Part shown: positions 25,491-39,237 of the stretch, piece by piece | How positions within the stretch are numbered: the first letter of the stretch is position 1 | Layout: each line of letters begins with the position of its first letter | NCBI RefSeq assembly: GCF_009834535.1 | Contig: NC_045713.1 | Span: 14,508,001 to 14,572,000, forward strand | Direction of reading: 5' to 3' | Origin: Camelus ferus | Lineage: Eukaryota | Length of the DNA: 64,000 nt | Notes under the pieces: generated by a model | What the model was told of the DNA's origin: nothing | What the model saw: only the letters and a program-made list of their open reading frames with translations | Databases searched by the model: none | Program-made: the position numbers and the translations under genes

Positions 25491-27929
25491 CGCCTCCACC
25501 CAGGTCAGAGCCAGTGACCCATTTTACTGCCATTGGAAAACAACAGCGCCCATTAATTGAGCACCCACTGTATGCGGACCGCACGTTGAGCATAGACTTC
25601 CGCTCCTTTTCCCTCAGAACTGCCCTGTGGGATAGTAAATTATTAACAATAACAAATCTAACACACATTAAGCACTCTGCCAACTAAGCTATTTTATAGG
25701 CATAACTTGTTTACTTTCAAGACATCTTAATGAAGCAAGAACTACTATCATCCCCATTTTCCAGGTGAGGAAACAGAGGCCCGGGGGGATCTAACTTGCT
25801 TCGGGTCAAATGGACAGAACTTGAATGTGAGGGTCAGAAATGTGACTTCAGGGTGTGTGCTCTTATACTGATTCCTGGGCTGCAGGTGAGAACAGCTAAA
25901 GTGACTTGCCCATAGCCACACCTTAGCCTGTGTGCTGACTCCCAGCTTGATGCTCTCAGTTCCCAGGCTGTGCAGAGTCACGGGCAGAGCACTTGGTGTG
26001 GAGACTGGGAGGATCCAGGGCTGGATGCTGGTGTTTAAACAGCCTAGTGCAGCCCGGGCATGTGGGTGATGCCACCGCCATGGCCTGGTGGCTTGCCAGG
26101 AGTCTCCTCAGACTTCCAGAGCTCCCTGGGTCCCTGTGAAAGGGGCTCCTGGCCTGGTGAGGAGGGATGAATGGAGGGCTGGGAGCTGTGGTGAGCTGGT
26201 AACTATTTAACGACAGGCTCTCTGGGGGCAAAGAAAGCCCTGATTTGTTGCTTTTGCCAATTTCTGGGGTGTAAATACTCCCACCAATGCTAATTCCAAG
26301 CTATGGACATGACATCCTTGAATGTGGGGATGGGCGGAGATGTGCATAATCAGTTTTTGCCAGCCACTTACCAGCTGGGTCCCCTGCATCTGTGGCTTCG
26401 GGGGTCAGGACTTCTGAGTGTTGGAGGACTGAGGACCTATCTGGCTGGGCCCTAGAAATAGAAAAGGAAAATGGGAGCTGGGACTCCTGACTTGTGGGAA
26501 AATGGATGCAAGAATTCTTTGGAGGGGTGGTTCAGGGGCTGGGACCCCTGGATCCTGGACTAGGCCCAGGTTTCCTGCCAGCACAGAGCAGAAGTACCAA
26601 TTTCATTTTAAAGGGGTCTGAGGGGTGTGTTGCCTGGCAAGGCCACTGTATTCTCCCACAGCATCTGTGGGAACAGCCTGGTGGACTTTGAAGGACTAGA
26701 GACATCCCTGGTGCTGCCACCTGATTTCCTCCAAATGCCAGGATCACCCCAGGCTCCTCCTGTACCACACCCAGCACACCTTCCTGAGCCCCCCTCCTGC
26801 CAGGCAGGGGCTGGGCTCACCTGGAGATGAAGTGGTCAAGGCCCTACTCCCAGGAGGTCCACAGTCCACCCAGGAGGTAGGAGGAGGTGTAGACCTATAA
26901 AACAGAAAGGAACCAATAAAACAATACAGCAAAGAGCTTGGTTCACAGATGTTGGCATCCCATGGCTTCAGTCCAAATTCCAGTTTGGCCACATATGGGC
27001 TATGTGTGCCTGTTTCATCCAGCTGACCTCTGCAGCCCTCAGTTTCTCCATTTGTAAAATGGGGTGATAAGTTTCCAGCTTATGCAGTTGTGAGAATTAA
27101 ATGGTGAAGTGCCAACACTTAGTCTGTGCTAGTGATCCTGAGCAGGACCATAAGAAGTGACTCACCACACATATTACAATGTACTTCATCCTCACAGCAA
27201 CCCTATGAGGGCATACCAGTCACGGACATGTGACCAGCTCAGGGAGATAGAGTGATTTGTCTGTGGCTCTATGGCCGATCCCTCATCCTCGTTTGCCTGG
27301 CTCCCAGCCCCAGTCATTCTTTGAACGTTTGAATCTGGTCTCCAGCCTCCTCTGGACCCAGGAGTCCAGCCCTTTCCCTGCCCCCCAGCTCCCCTCCCCC
27401 AGCCTCCCTGCTGATCCTAGAGGAAGATGGATAGGTGGCCCCGGGGAAGCCTGAGGGATGCTGTCCAGATAAGAGAGAGGATGATAACTCAGTTCTCTCC
27501 TTCTCTCCAGCCAGCCTCCAAGCAAGTCAACTTCCTGGAGCCTCCAAGCGCATGCTCAGCCCTGAATGCTCTCTCCCACCTCCCAACCCTCTGGTGAGCC
27601 CCTAGAATTCCAAATCTTGGCATCTCCTCCCTGGGCAAGCCTCCACAGGCCTCACAAGGACTTGGGCAGTCTATGATGGGCATCAGAAGCCAGTAGAATG
27701 CCCCCACTGCCCTCCCTGCCCCCTCCATAGAGGCAACCCGGGGAGTGGCGTGCTTCCAGACCAAGGCACCTCCAGGCTTTTACGATGTATGCAAAGTCTA
27801 TGAACAATAGGTAGTATTGTTTGAGGGTGTTTAAAACCTTCATATAAAATATTTTACTGAATATACTGTTCTGTAGCTTGCTTTTTTGCTGTTATTGCCA
27901 ATTTTTTCCCAACTGAAAAAAACTAGGTG

Positions 27930-28055
27930 GGAGGAAGGTACAGCTCAGTGGTAGAGCGCGTGCTTAGCATGCTCGAGGTCCTGGGTTCCATCCCCAGTGC
28001 TTCCATGAAAATAAGTAAGTAAGTACCTAATCCCTCTCCCAACCCCAAACAACCC
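27930..28055 (+). mobile_element. tRNA-derived SINE
   Basis: acagctcagtggtagagcgcgtgcttagcatgctcgaggtcctgggttccatcccc followed by an A-rich tail. Confidence 0.85.
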
Positions 28056-28069
28056 TTGGCTTTATCGAG

Positions 28070-28540
28070 GTAGGTATTCCTTCCCAAGGCCATCACAAAT
28101 TACCAGCAACTGGATGACTTAAGTGACTGAAATTTATTGTCTCATAGTTCTGGAGGCCAGAAGTCCGAAATCAAGGTGGGGGCCGGGTTGGTTCCTTCTG
28201 GAGCCTCTGATGGTGACAGCTCTCCCATCCTGATCTTCTACTTCCTTAATGCTCCTTGGACTGAAGCTGCATCATTCCAATCTCTGCCTCCATCTTCACA
28301 TGGCCTTCCCCCTCTGGGGCTTCTCTGTGTCCCCGAGTCTCATCTCTGTCTCTCCTGTCTCTTCTAAGGACCAGTCATTGGTTTTAGGGCCCAAACCAAA
28401 CCCAGGATGATCTCATCTTGAAATCTTCAACTTACTTTCAGCTGCAAAGATCCAATTTCCAAATAATGTCCCATTCTCAGGGATGGGAGGTTAGGGCTTG
28501 GACTTATCCTTTTGGGGGACACAATTTGACCCATCACAAG
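28070..28540 (-). mobile_element. MLT1-type MaLR LTR
   Basis: acaaattaccagcaactggatgacttaa...tctcatagttctggaggccagaagtccgaaatcaaggt...ggatgatctcatcttgaaatc. Confidence 0.8.
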
Positions 28541-28574
28541 GAATAATTTATACATAAGAAAATTCACCATTTTT

Positions 28575-29520
28575 CTTCATTTTTTAAGAAATTGATGTAT
28601 AGTCAGTATACAACGTTGCGTTAATTTCTGGCGTACAACATATTGATTCAGTTATACATATATATATTCTTTTTATTCTTTCTCATTATGGGCTATTATA
28701 AGATATTGAATATAGCTCCCTGTGCTATACAATAGGACCTTGTTGTTTATCTCTTTTATATATAGTATTATCTGCAAATCCTGAACTCCCAATTTATCCC
28801 TCCACTCTCCCTTTCCCCGCCGGTAACCATAAATTTGTCTTTTATGTCTGTGAGTCTATTTCTGTTTTGTAAATAAGGCCTTTTGTGTCATTTTTTTCAG
28901 ATTCCACATGTAAGTGATATATGGTATTTTTCTTTCTCTTTCTGGCTTACTTCACTTAGTATGAAAATCTCCANNNNNNNNNNNNNNNNNNNNNNNNNNN
29001 NNNNNNNNNNNNNNNNNNNNNNNNNNNNNNNNNNNNNNNNNNNNNNNNNNNNNNNNNNNNNNNNNNNNNNNNNNNNNNNNNNNNNNNNNNNNNNNNNNNN
29101 NNNNNNNNNNNNNNNNNNNNNNNNNNNNNNNNNNNNNNNNNNNNNNNNNNNNNNNNNNNNNNNNNNNNNNNNNNNNNNNNNNNNNNNNATGTATCTTTTT
29201 GAATTAGTTTCCTCCAGATTTATGCCCAGGAATGGGATTGCTGGATCATACAGAAAGTCTATTTTTAGGTTTTTAAGAAATCACCATACTGTTTTCCATA
29301 GTGGCTGCACCAAACTACATTCCCAACAAAAATGTAGGAGGGTTCCCTTTTCTCCATACCCTCTCTGGCGCTTATCATTTGTGGACTTCTGAATGATGGC
29401 CGTTCTGACTGGTGTGAGATGAATGTAGTTTTGATTTGCATTTCTCTGATAAGTAGTGACAATGAGCATTTTTTCATGTGCCTTCACTGGAGAAATGTTT
29501 CTTTAGGTCTGCCCATTTTT
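28575..29520 (-). mobile_element. LINE-1 3' end (ORF2 C-terminus remnant), interrupted by an assembly gap
   Basis: Minus frames give MKKCSLSLLIREMQIKTT... and [13 protein letters not shown]...[20 protein letters not shown], typical of the L1 ORF2p C-terminus. Confidence 0.9.
28974..29188. other. Assembly gap (215 N)
   Basis: Run of n. Confidence 1.
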
Positions 29521-30429
29521 GGATAGGGTTGTTTGTTTTTTTATTATTGAGTTGTGAGATTCACCAATTTGATAATATTTTGATAAATATGTGCAACAAA
29601 CTAACTGCCACCACAATCATGATATAGAACGCTTCCATCACCCCCAAAATTCCCTTGCTTATTTGCAGTCCCTCTTCTCCTCATGGAAACCACTGATCTC
29701 CTTTCTGTCACCATTACTTTGCCTGTTCCAGGAGGATCTCTAAATGGAATCATGTATGATATGTCATCTTTTGTGCCTGGATGCTTGGATTCAGCGTCAA
29801 GCTGCTGAGATTTACCCACGTTGTACATATCAGTGGAATCAAAAGGGTGGAGAATTTTCAAACCTAAAGGAAAGTTGCAGGGTAACATAACGTATACCCT
29901 CCACTAAGGCTTACAGTGGTGGACGTTCTGTTACATTTGCTTTCTCTCTCTCTCTCAGGTGACACACACTCGCACACATTTTGCTAGACCTTTGGCTACT
30001 TCCACTTGCATCTCCTGAGGACACAGGGATTCCCCTACATAACCCTGCACCGTTATCACATGTAATCAACTGAACATTTCTCTTTAGTCTCCTTTCATCT
30101 AAAATACTCCCCCTGTCTTCTTATGTGTCTTTCAGGACATTGACTTTTGGGGGGAAGAATCCAAGCAGCTGTTTTCCCAAATGTTTTTGAGACTTATCCA
30201 GGATGGTGTATTTAGATTTAGTTTGTTCTTAACAGCTGTATGGTATTTCATCCAAAGTTTATGCCCCAATTTATTTCTCTACTCTCCAATCATTGAACAC
30301 TGAGTCTTTTGGCTCTTCTTCAGTGTTATAAACAATGTTCTAATGCACAACCTTGTACGCAGATCTCCGTGGACACTTGGGTGGAAATTTTATGCTGTTG
30401 TCTACTTAGAGGTAGAATCAGTGTGGGGA

Positions 30430-30955
30430 GGTGTTCCAGCGAGGTCTTGCTGAGTAATAACTATCTCACAATTTAGAAGCTTGAAACAACAATTTGGTTT
30501 TTTTCTCTGACAGTTCTGAGGGTCGACTGGGTTCTGCCAGGATCTCAGGTAATACGGTGATCGGGGCTGGAGTTATGAGATGATTTCTTTGCTCCTACAT
30601 CTGGGCTGGATGGCTGGGTCAGCTGGGGCCGGATTTCTTTCTTCACACAGCTTCTGCACGTGGTTGCATGGATTTCCTCACAGTATGGCCATCTATCCCA
30701 GACTTCTTACGTGGAAGCTAACTTCCCCCAAAATGTGGTTCCAAGGGGCCTGGGAAGAAGCTGCCAGGCTTCTTAAGACTATGTCTTGAGGTTTCCAGAA
30801 CCATCACTCTCACAGCATTCTACTGGTCAGGCAAGCCACTGAGGTCGGCCCAGTTTCAAGGGGAAAGGAGGATATCCTGTCACTCAACGAGAGGAGTAGA
30901 AAAGAATTTGCAACCATCTTTTCTCTATCACAGAGGTTATGCTCATCAGCTTTAT
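30430..30955 (-). mobile_element. Old MLT1 (F-K-like) MaLR LTR
   Basis: tcacaatttagaagcttgaaacaac...cagttctgagggtcgactgg...cattctactggtcag...ccagtttcaagggga...gaatttgcaaccatctttt...atcaca. Confidence 0.6.
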
Positions 30956-31019
30956 TAAATATCGCTAAACTGATCTCCAAAGGGTAAGTGTTAATTTACA
31001 CTCTGGAATAAAAAGTCCA

Positions 31020-31430
31020 ACTCCACTTAAAAAATTTTTTTTATTTAAAAAATTTTATTTTTTTGATTCAAGTGTAGTTAATTTACAATGTTAGTTCAGA
31101 TGTACAGCAAAGTGATTCAGTTATACATATACATACATATATATATATTTTAGATTCTTTTCCATTATATGTAATTTATTTATTTATTTATTTTTTTGGT
31201 GGAGGAGGTAATTAGGTTCATTTATTTATTTATATTTAGAGGAGATACTGGGGATTGAACCCAGGAACTCGTGCACGCTAGGTAGGCTCTCTACCACTTG
31301 AGCGATATCTTCCCCTCTCCATTGTATGTTAATACAAGAAGCTGAATACAGTTCCCTGTGCTATAAAGTTAGGTTCTTGTTGTTTATCTGTTTTATTTAG
31401 AGTAAATAGATATTCTACATAATATCTATA
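31020..31430 (-). mobile_element. L1 3' tail with a nested tRNA-derived SINE (~31190-31320)
   Basis: agttaatttacaatgttagttcagatgtacagcaaagtgattcagttatacat...cagttccctgtgcta interrupted by ggggattgaacccagg...ctctaccacttgagc. Confidence 0.75.
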
Positions 31431-32655
31431 AACTGTAATATCTATGAACTATAATATCTATCCTGTAATATCTATAAAATCCATTTTTGATGTTTGCTGA
31501 CAGCTTGAAAGCCCCAGGCTTCCCTCTTTCCTTGTAGCCCACATCTGGGCAAGCTGATAGGAAGGCCCTGGTGCTCTCTCCCTTGCACAGGAGGGGAATT
31601 TCATTCAGGAAAGCCCTGGCCAGTGCGGAGGGGCCTCAGCCCAGCCTCACCCACTAACGCCCGGGAAAGCCCCTCCTTGCTCTCTCAAGCCATCTCAGAT
31701 CTGCTTGAGAACCTGCCCTGCTCCCCTCAGAAGGCCTCATTATATGAGTCATCAATTCCATCTTATGCTCTTAGTGTGTGTGGCCTCATCGGCCTCCACA
31801 TCTGACCCAGATTTTGGGTGAAGGGTTGATCCTTCACAGAGCAACCATGAAACGTACTCTGATCAGATCAGCAGAGCATCAATTTCATCTGGCCCACACC
31901 TGGCCAATATGTGACATCATCAGATTTTTTTATTTTTTGCTAATCTGATGACAAACATGGTGTGACATAATAGAAAAATTATATATTGGTCTCTGCCTTC
32001 AGTTCCTGGTACAAAGTCCCTCAATCCTTGTAAATAGGGATGCTAGGAGAAGTGAGGCGTTCGTTAAGTTGGTGTCAGTGAAATGGGATTTGCTAGAACT
32101 CATAACATGTGGTTTTGGGGAGAGAAAGGATAAGAGGGCAGGGGATGAAGAGATTTTGATTCCTGGTGGCCACATGTTCCCCCCTGGCCTGGAGAAGCAG
32201 CTGTGATGCACTGAAGTTACTAAAGGTAAAATTAGCAATGGAATTTAGACATGAATCCAGCTCCCAGGGAGTCAGTTTAGTGGAGACATAAGGAAATGAA
32301 AACTGATGAGAAAGAAGCAAAATGTTCAATCTGTTGGTTGCTATTATCTGTAATAGCTAAAATGAAATTCAAAGAGAGTGCTGGCTTGAAACTTGAGACT
32401 GGTCAGATTTCAGTGAGTCTGAGCTTAGGTCACTAGCCTAAAGCCTCCCTCCGAGGGAAAAGTTATGCAGAAACAACTGTAATTATCTCTAAGCCCTCAG
32501 ATCACCAAAAATTTGTCAAGGTGGGGGAAGGACAAAACCAAGAAACTGCTGAAAGCAGGGGACAGTGTGGAGTTTTTCACTTTGTGAATCGTTATCGTCC
32601 CCTTCTTGAGGACCCTTTGCTGAAAGGGATTGTAAGAGTAACTAACTTGGGGGCT

Positions 32656-32818
32656 NNNNNNNNNNNNNNNNNNNNNNNNNNNNNNNNNNNNNNNNNNNNN
32701 NNNNNNNNNNNNNNNNNNNNNNNNNNNNNNNNNNNNNNNNNNNNNNNNNNNNNNNNNNNNNNNNNNNNNNNNNNNNNNNNNNNNNNNNNNNNNNNNNNNN
32801 NNNNNNNNNNNNNNNNNN
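32656..32818. other. Assembly gap (163 N)
   Basis: Run of n; a SINE head abuts the right side. Confidence 1.
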
Positions 32819-33574
32819 CGCTCTACCACTGAGCTCTACCTTCCCTCCTCCACACTGTTCTTTGGTTTTGAATCTGCAGAGCAGAAGAGCATGTTTGGGT
32901 TGATTCAGGACCCACAGCTCAGTATGAAATGATCATAGGTGGTTATACCCTGTCCAGACACACAGGAAGTTATGCCCAAGGGAACAGCCAGCCTACTAGA
33001 CTAGATAAAAGCCACTGTCAGGTCCGATTACCCTGAGAATAAGAACTATCTGTCTCCCCCAATAAATTTCAAGTAGAACACTCCAGATGAAGGGGCCGGT
33101 AACTCTGGATGCAGGCCACCTGAGACTGGCTTCAAAGTGACCTGGATATTCGCCTACTGAATACACTCCTTACCCAGGTCATAGTAAAGGCTGGAGGGGC
33201 GATGGTTTGCCTACATACCCAGAAAACCTTACAGCTGCAAAACTGAGGGACATTTTAGGAAGCCTTATGAATTTGCTGTCTCAGATGTCCCTCATGGGTC
33301 TTACTTAAAAAAAAAAAGTTAATTAACAAGAAAATGGGGAAAGGCAGAGGAGAAAAATTGAGACAGGAGACAGGTTTTGGTAGGGTGGAAATTTTTAAAG
33401 GGTTATTAAGAAATAAGGTGAATAAAGTGAATATTGATGGAAGTGAAACAAAGAGGAAAAAGAAAGGGGAGGATCACGGGGCACGTACCAGCAGGGTGGA
33501 AAATGGGATGAATGAAATGGATGTTGATGGAGTACAAATGAAGGGTTTTTTTCTCTGGATGCTTTTTTGTAAAT

Positions 33575-33700
33575 TTTTTTTGGGAGTAGGTAATTAGGTT
33601 CATTTATTTGTTTAAGTAATGGAGGTACTGAGGATTGAACCCAGAGTCTCATGCATGCTAGGCATGCGCTCTACCACTGAGCTATACCCTCTCCTCCTCA
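33575..33700 (-). mobile_element. tRNA-derived SINE
   Basis: ggtaattaggttcatttatt...gaggattgaacccagagtctcatgcatgctaggcatgcgctctaccactgagctatac. Confidence 0.9.
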
Positions 33701-33919
33701 AAACAAAGGTTTTAATACAATACTATCTAAGGTTGGGTGGACTGAAGGAACCCCCTTCTGGCTTCCCAGTGTTGAAGGGCCCCAAACAAATTTGCTCTAT
33801 CTACCCCAGTTTGTTGAAATTTAAAAATTGGAAGGTAGAGATTACAATGCAAACCTGACCAGCAATCACTTTGGGCAGTGGTTAGGCAGATTAATCAAAG
33901 TAAAGATTGACAAAGGGCT

Positions 33920-34465
33920 AGGGTCCCTTGGCTCAATCCCTCACCGGGGACCCTAACTTATTCTTGTTGGGGGACACTTGGTGGGGTTGGTGACATGCGT
34001 TGGTAAGGATTTACCAAAAAGGGAGAAGTTCAAGAACAAAGGAAAATTTAATAGGTACAAACAACAGCAGGCCACACAAGCAAGAGGTGCCTATGTGTCC
34101 ACCAAGTGTGAATGTGCAGGGTCCTTTATTGGGGAAGGGGCTGTGAACACAAAGGGATAGAGGAACAGATTTCTGATTGGCTGTAGGTGAGGTAGGGAGC
34201 TTTGATATATGGGAGGACAGTGGATTTATGACTCCAGTAAGATGGAGACGTGGGCTGACACAAGCAAGGTCGTGGAATTTATGACTTGGATAAGGGGGAG
34301 ACATGGGCTGTGAGAAGTCAGCCTGAGTGAGACCAGCCACTTCCCAAGGCTGTTAACTGTGCTAAGGCAAACACCCGTCAGGGGTTTACCTCCCAAAGAG
34401 GAGCAGGCAGACGCCTAAGGGCTGGAAGTTGGGGGTGGAGGGGGTTGTCATGGGGCCTCAGCAGG
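33920..34465 (-). mobile_element. LTR-like element nested in the ERV-L
   Basis: Minus-strand CCAAT (~34175), TATA-like element (~34205) and AATAAA (~34127). Composition differs from the flanks. Termini not firmly identified. Confidence 0.4.
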
Positions 34466-34806
34466 CACTAGTTGGCACTGCAATTCTTTTTTCTTTTAAC
34501 TCTTTTTACAAAAAGTAATAAAAAACAAAAAGTGTTGGCCATTTTTCCCCTCTTGGATTGGCCCGCTCCCAATTCTCAGGAGCATACTATCTTTTACTAC
34601 CTTTTTACTTTACTGATAAAAGTCTTGCATGTATATATATTTTTTAAAAACTGTTATTGCAGCATAACTGATATAAAATAAGCTGCACATGTTTAAAGTG
34701 TACCATTTGGTAAGTTTTGGGATATACTTACGCTCCCACCTAAAAGCATCATCATAATCACGATATTCATCACCTCCCCAAATTCCCTCATGCCCCTTTA
34801 TGATCC

Positions 34807-35925
34807 TGTTACTGAACTCAGGTTTGGCTTGCCACTTGAAAAGTCAATATTCCAGAGACAAGTGTTAGTAGGAAGGTTGCTTTCATCAGGAAGCTGGCAA
34901 CCTGGGGGGAAGGTGGACTCGTGTCCCAGAACTAGCTCTGAAGATTCTGCTCAGCCATAAACGTTTTTAAAGGGAAAAAGGGGAAGTGATCTCAGTTAAT
35001 CACTAAGGTAGGGGGTCAGACTCATCACCATCTCTTATTGCGTGCAGGCTTGTCAACTCCTTGTGGTCTTTCTTTAGATGCTCTCTTGTTCACACAGTTT
35101 GTTCATGAGATTACTGAATGGGAAGCGGGGGAAAAGCCATCTGTTAATTACTTATTCTTCATGTCTATTTCTTTGATCTAAGGAAAGAACCAACAGGTTA
35201 GGCAAAGTATTGTGTGATCAAAGGATTTGAAAGTTGTGCTTGGGCTGGAGATTAGTTAAAATATAGCTTTGCTAAAGTGACAAGACAAAAGGGGCCTCCT
35301 GCAGAGAGTTCTTTCTTGCAAAGAGCTCTTTCCTGCAAAAAAACTGCTTACAAATCCCCACCGTCAGACATCACTCCATTTCTATGGGATCATGGGTGAA
35401 GGTCCGTCTTCTGTAACTTCTTCACACTGATCCAGGACTAAATTCTCAGAGTGGAAGATGTTGACATGGATCTGTAGTTTTTCTTTGGTGACAGTTTTAG
35501 CTGCCTGTTTACATAGATGGGCAGAGCAAGCTACAATTATTTTGATGCCCACAAAGACACAGATTATTATGAACAATAGTGTCAACCCCATTCTCTTAAG
35601 GCCAGTTCCTGGAATTGTGCTGACTGCAGGTTTAGTCCTGCTCAAGATGGAGCAGCCTGTGTCATGACTGCAGTTTGGTCATCATGCAGGTAGCTTTTTC
35701 CCTCTGGTGGCAGTTTAGAGTATCTGTAAAATGACCCGGGAATGTGCATCAGACCCTGGAAGATTCTGTGACTTTATTGTCCTAGTCATTAACTGCTTGC
35801 ACCTGCTCTTTTGTGACTCAGGGAGGCCTGGGAGACTTCAGCTTTTCTACAGACAAGACGCAGGGGACATGGAGGGGTCTTTGCACTTGGTGGGAGAGCT
35901 CCCCATCAGGGTTCTGCTTGGTTTC
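34807..35925 (-). mobile_element. ERV1-like fragment: partial LTR, env transmembrane tail, PPT and complete LTR (34807-35352)
   Basis: Minus strand: TGAAACC... LTR piece, ORF 35382-35645 with hydrophobic GLTLLFIIICVFVGIKIIVACS, purine tract ggtggggatt, then an LTR running TGTAAGCA...AGTAACA (546 bp, TG..CA). Confidence 0.65.
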
Positions 35926-35949
35926 AATTTCTCCCTCCTGCCTCCACCC

Positions 35950-36500
35950 AACCCAACCCAGACAACTACTGATTCACTTTCTATCATTTGTAGATGTGTT
36001 TGCATTTGCTAAATGTAAATAGAATCATATCATATAGTGTGATCTATTTTTTGGTCTAGCTTCTTTTATTTGTTTTCCCCATTAATTTTTTCTTGTTATG
36101 GTAAAATACACATGTATAAAATTTAACATCTTAACCATCTTTAAGTGTACAGATCAGTCATGTTAAATATACTCACATTGCTGTGCAGCCATCACCACCA
36201 TCATCCCCATAGCACTTTTCAGTCTGTAAAACTGAAATTCTGATCCCATTAAATATTAACTACCCCTTCTCCCCACCCCAACCCCTGGCAGTCACCATTG
36301 TACTTTCTGTCTCTGTGGGTTTGACTACTCTAAGTACCTCATGTAAGTGGAATCATATAGTATTTGTCTGACATTAAGTCTTTTTCAGAAACCGTTTCTG
36401 TTGATTTATTTTTTCTTTTGAACAGGCCATATTTCCTGTTTCTTTGCATGCCTTGTGATTTTTTTTGTTCAACACCGGACATTTGAATCTAATAATGTGG
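35950..36500 (-). mobile_element. Old L1M fragments
   Basis: ggtaaaatacacatgtataaaatttaacatcttaaccatctttaagtgtacag...cccctggcagtcaccattgtactttctgtctctgtgg...gtaagtggaatcatatagtatttgtc. Confidence 0.75.
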
Positions 36501-39139
36501 TAACTCTAGAAATCAGATTCTCCCCCTTCCCCAGAGTTTGCTGTGTTGGGTTTTTGTGGGTTTTTGCTTTGTTTTTGTTTTTATTTTTATTTATTAATTA
36601 ATTTATTTTTTAGTAGACTGTTTCTGTGACTGAGATGTGAACTCAATGTGTTCTTAGGTCTTTTCTGAGACTTCTGTTGGGCACATGCATTCACTTTCTG
36701 ATTCTCCCCATGTTTGCAGAGGTTTGAAAAAATGTTCTAGTCTTTAATGTCTGACTCCTGAAAGGGGAAAATCAAAAAAAGAAGGGGATTAAAAAGGGGT
36801 CCCAGCCCTTTAAATCTCCTGACCAGTCACTTCAGCCAGAGGGGCAGGGGCTGGAGCAGTGGGGGAGGTGCAACAATGGTGGTGGCCTCTTTGCACCTGT
36901 GACCAGAAGTGATGATCAGCCATCAGAGCACAGACCGCCCCCCCGCCCCCCAATCTTTGGAGGACAGGGTCCTTTTTGCACACCCTCCTTCCTGCAAGCT
37001 CTCAGGGAACACCTGCACAGCTGCTGGCCACCGGGTGGGGGATGGGCCGCTGCTACTGGGCTGAGAGCTGAAACTGACTGAAATTAACTATTTATCCTGG
37101 TCTTCCATCTACATCTTTCCCTGGAAGTTGCAAGCCTTCAGAGTTCCAGAGTAGTTCCACCAGGCCAATTCTGCCAGTGCAGTTGTTGTCCAGGTGGGGA
37201 GACATATTCCATGATCTCCCCAGAATCTTCTCTGATCCAAAGCATTTTGCACAAGAGTGGGTGAAACAGTCAGGGAGTGAAGAAGGGAAGTTCCCAGGAC
37301 TCCTTGATACAGGAGCCCCATGCACAGCGGTACCAAAACCCACTGGTGAAGCCCTGACTTGGCTGCAATTAGATTGAGAGAACAGGATGGAAAAGTGCAA
37401 GAGTTCACAAAATTATGGAAGTTGGAAAGTTTAAACAAGCTCTATGTAAAGAAGTTGTGTCTCCTTTCCCTAATGAGAGTGGTATTAAGTCATACTGGAG
37501 AACATTTTCCCTGCTTAGTATCATAAAACCAAAACCTGTAGATGGGGTCCCCATGGAGGCCACAGTTATGAATGTGAGAGTCAATGGTACTAAAGTAAAA
37601 GTTAGTAGAGTTGGAATGTTTGGTCAGACTTTATGTAAATTGGTTGTGCGTCTTTTACCTGAGTGCAACTATGGGGATTGACATTTTGCCTGACTGGGGG
37701 ATGTTTCTCTAACTAGTCTTGTAAAACAGAAGGCATGCACATTTGCCCTTCAAGCAATGTTACTTGGATGTGCTAAGCAGGAACCAGTAAGATTGCCTGG
37801 GTCCACGCAGCATGGGATAGAAGTGTGGGGTCCCAGCAGGGACAAATTCTCTGTGCAGTAGCCCTAAGTGGACTGTAGACTGGAGCTTAAGACAAAAGCC
37901 CATGAGCACTCCCCAGCGACGACTACTGGGACTTTGGACAAGAGAGTTTCCAGGGTTATTTACCACCTTGCTATCAGCCATTAATTGAAGCTACCTTGAT
38001 GACTGAAGGACATAAAATGATCTTAAAACCTGAAATACCCATAATGTCTATGGTGATGTCAGAGAAATGCTCTAATGGGGATGGCAGGGCCCTGAAGAGT
38101 CCCATAATAAAATGGAGATAGTTTTTACAGGATGGTGCTTACTGGGGAGAGCCTCACATGCAGGGGGCCTCTCTTCTCTGAGGACTGACTCTGGATCTGT
38201 GCGAGCAGCTGCCAGTTTCTGCCACTTGGACAGCCCTATAAACTGCTCTTGACTGACCAACAAATTGCTGCTTGGTTTGTGGACAACAATTCCAGGTGAA
38301 TGGACAATATCCTCTTTGGAAGGCCACCACTCTGATCAAAGAAGGTGAAAACTAATCAGTCTGGTGGACTGAACTGTATGCTGTTTTCCTAGCTATAATT
38401 GAAGAATTGACAGTAGTGAAATTTCCTATGTTTTGGTTTCTCCTGACTCATCGTCAGGCAGGAGGGCAGTGGAAACCTGGCCTCTTTAAGGGATGCCCAT
38501 ATGGGGCCCAGTCCTTTCGGAATCACTATGGAAATTTGAGGGGTGCTTTAAAGTAGGACTCGGCACATCAGTGCCCATCACTGGAACCCCCTTCCAGGTG
38601 AATAAGCAGATATTCCCATCTGTTCACTTAAGGTGGCCACCTGGGCCTATGAAATAAGTGGACATGGGGTCACTGCAGCAATGTAGAGATGGGCTGAATC
38701 TAGACATGGTCCTCTTGTACCCTCAGAGGCACAAAATGCCAATAAGAGCTGTTCTGTCCTCAAGCAAGAGACAGAGAACAGAGATGGCTATGTGGCAGAT
38801 TCCCTAGGGGGACGGCCTGGATAAAAACTGGCAAGTGAGACTCCTGCTGGTGTCCCTGGGGTGGGTGTGGCATGGCAGATGGGTCCTGACAGGAGCAGCC
38901 ACCGACGCTGGACTGGGCTTTGCTTACCCAGTGATAGATGCAAATGCTCAGAACAACACAAAAGAACCAAATCAAAAGATATTGCACCAGCTTGGGTGGC
39001 CAATCATCATTTCTTCAGATCAAGAGCCCACTTTATAGCCCATAATGTCCAACAGTGGGCAAAGAATATCGTCCCCAGGGTACTAGTTTGGTAGAGAATT
39101 GAAATGGGTGGTTGAAACACTGGTTGTCCAAAGTGGGAG

Positions 39140-39237
39140 CAGTGGGTGGGGAATAGCTCCGTGAGTGCATGCTTAACATGCTCGAGGACCTGGGTTCAAT
39201 CCCCAGTACCTCCATTAAAAAAAAAAAAAAAAAAAAA
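39140..39237 (+). mobile_element. tRNA-derived SINE with poly(A) tail
   Basis: aatagctccgtgagtgcatgcttaacatgctcgaggacctgggttcaatccccagtacctccatt followed by A21. Confidence 0.85.

Noticed and set aside
28883-29392. ORFs spanning N runs (also 32497-32832)
   Set aside because: Artefacts of assembly gaps within L1 and ERV remnants.
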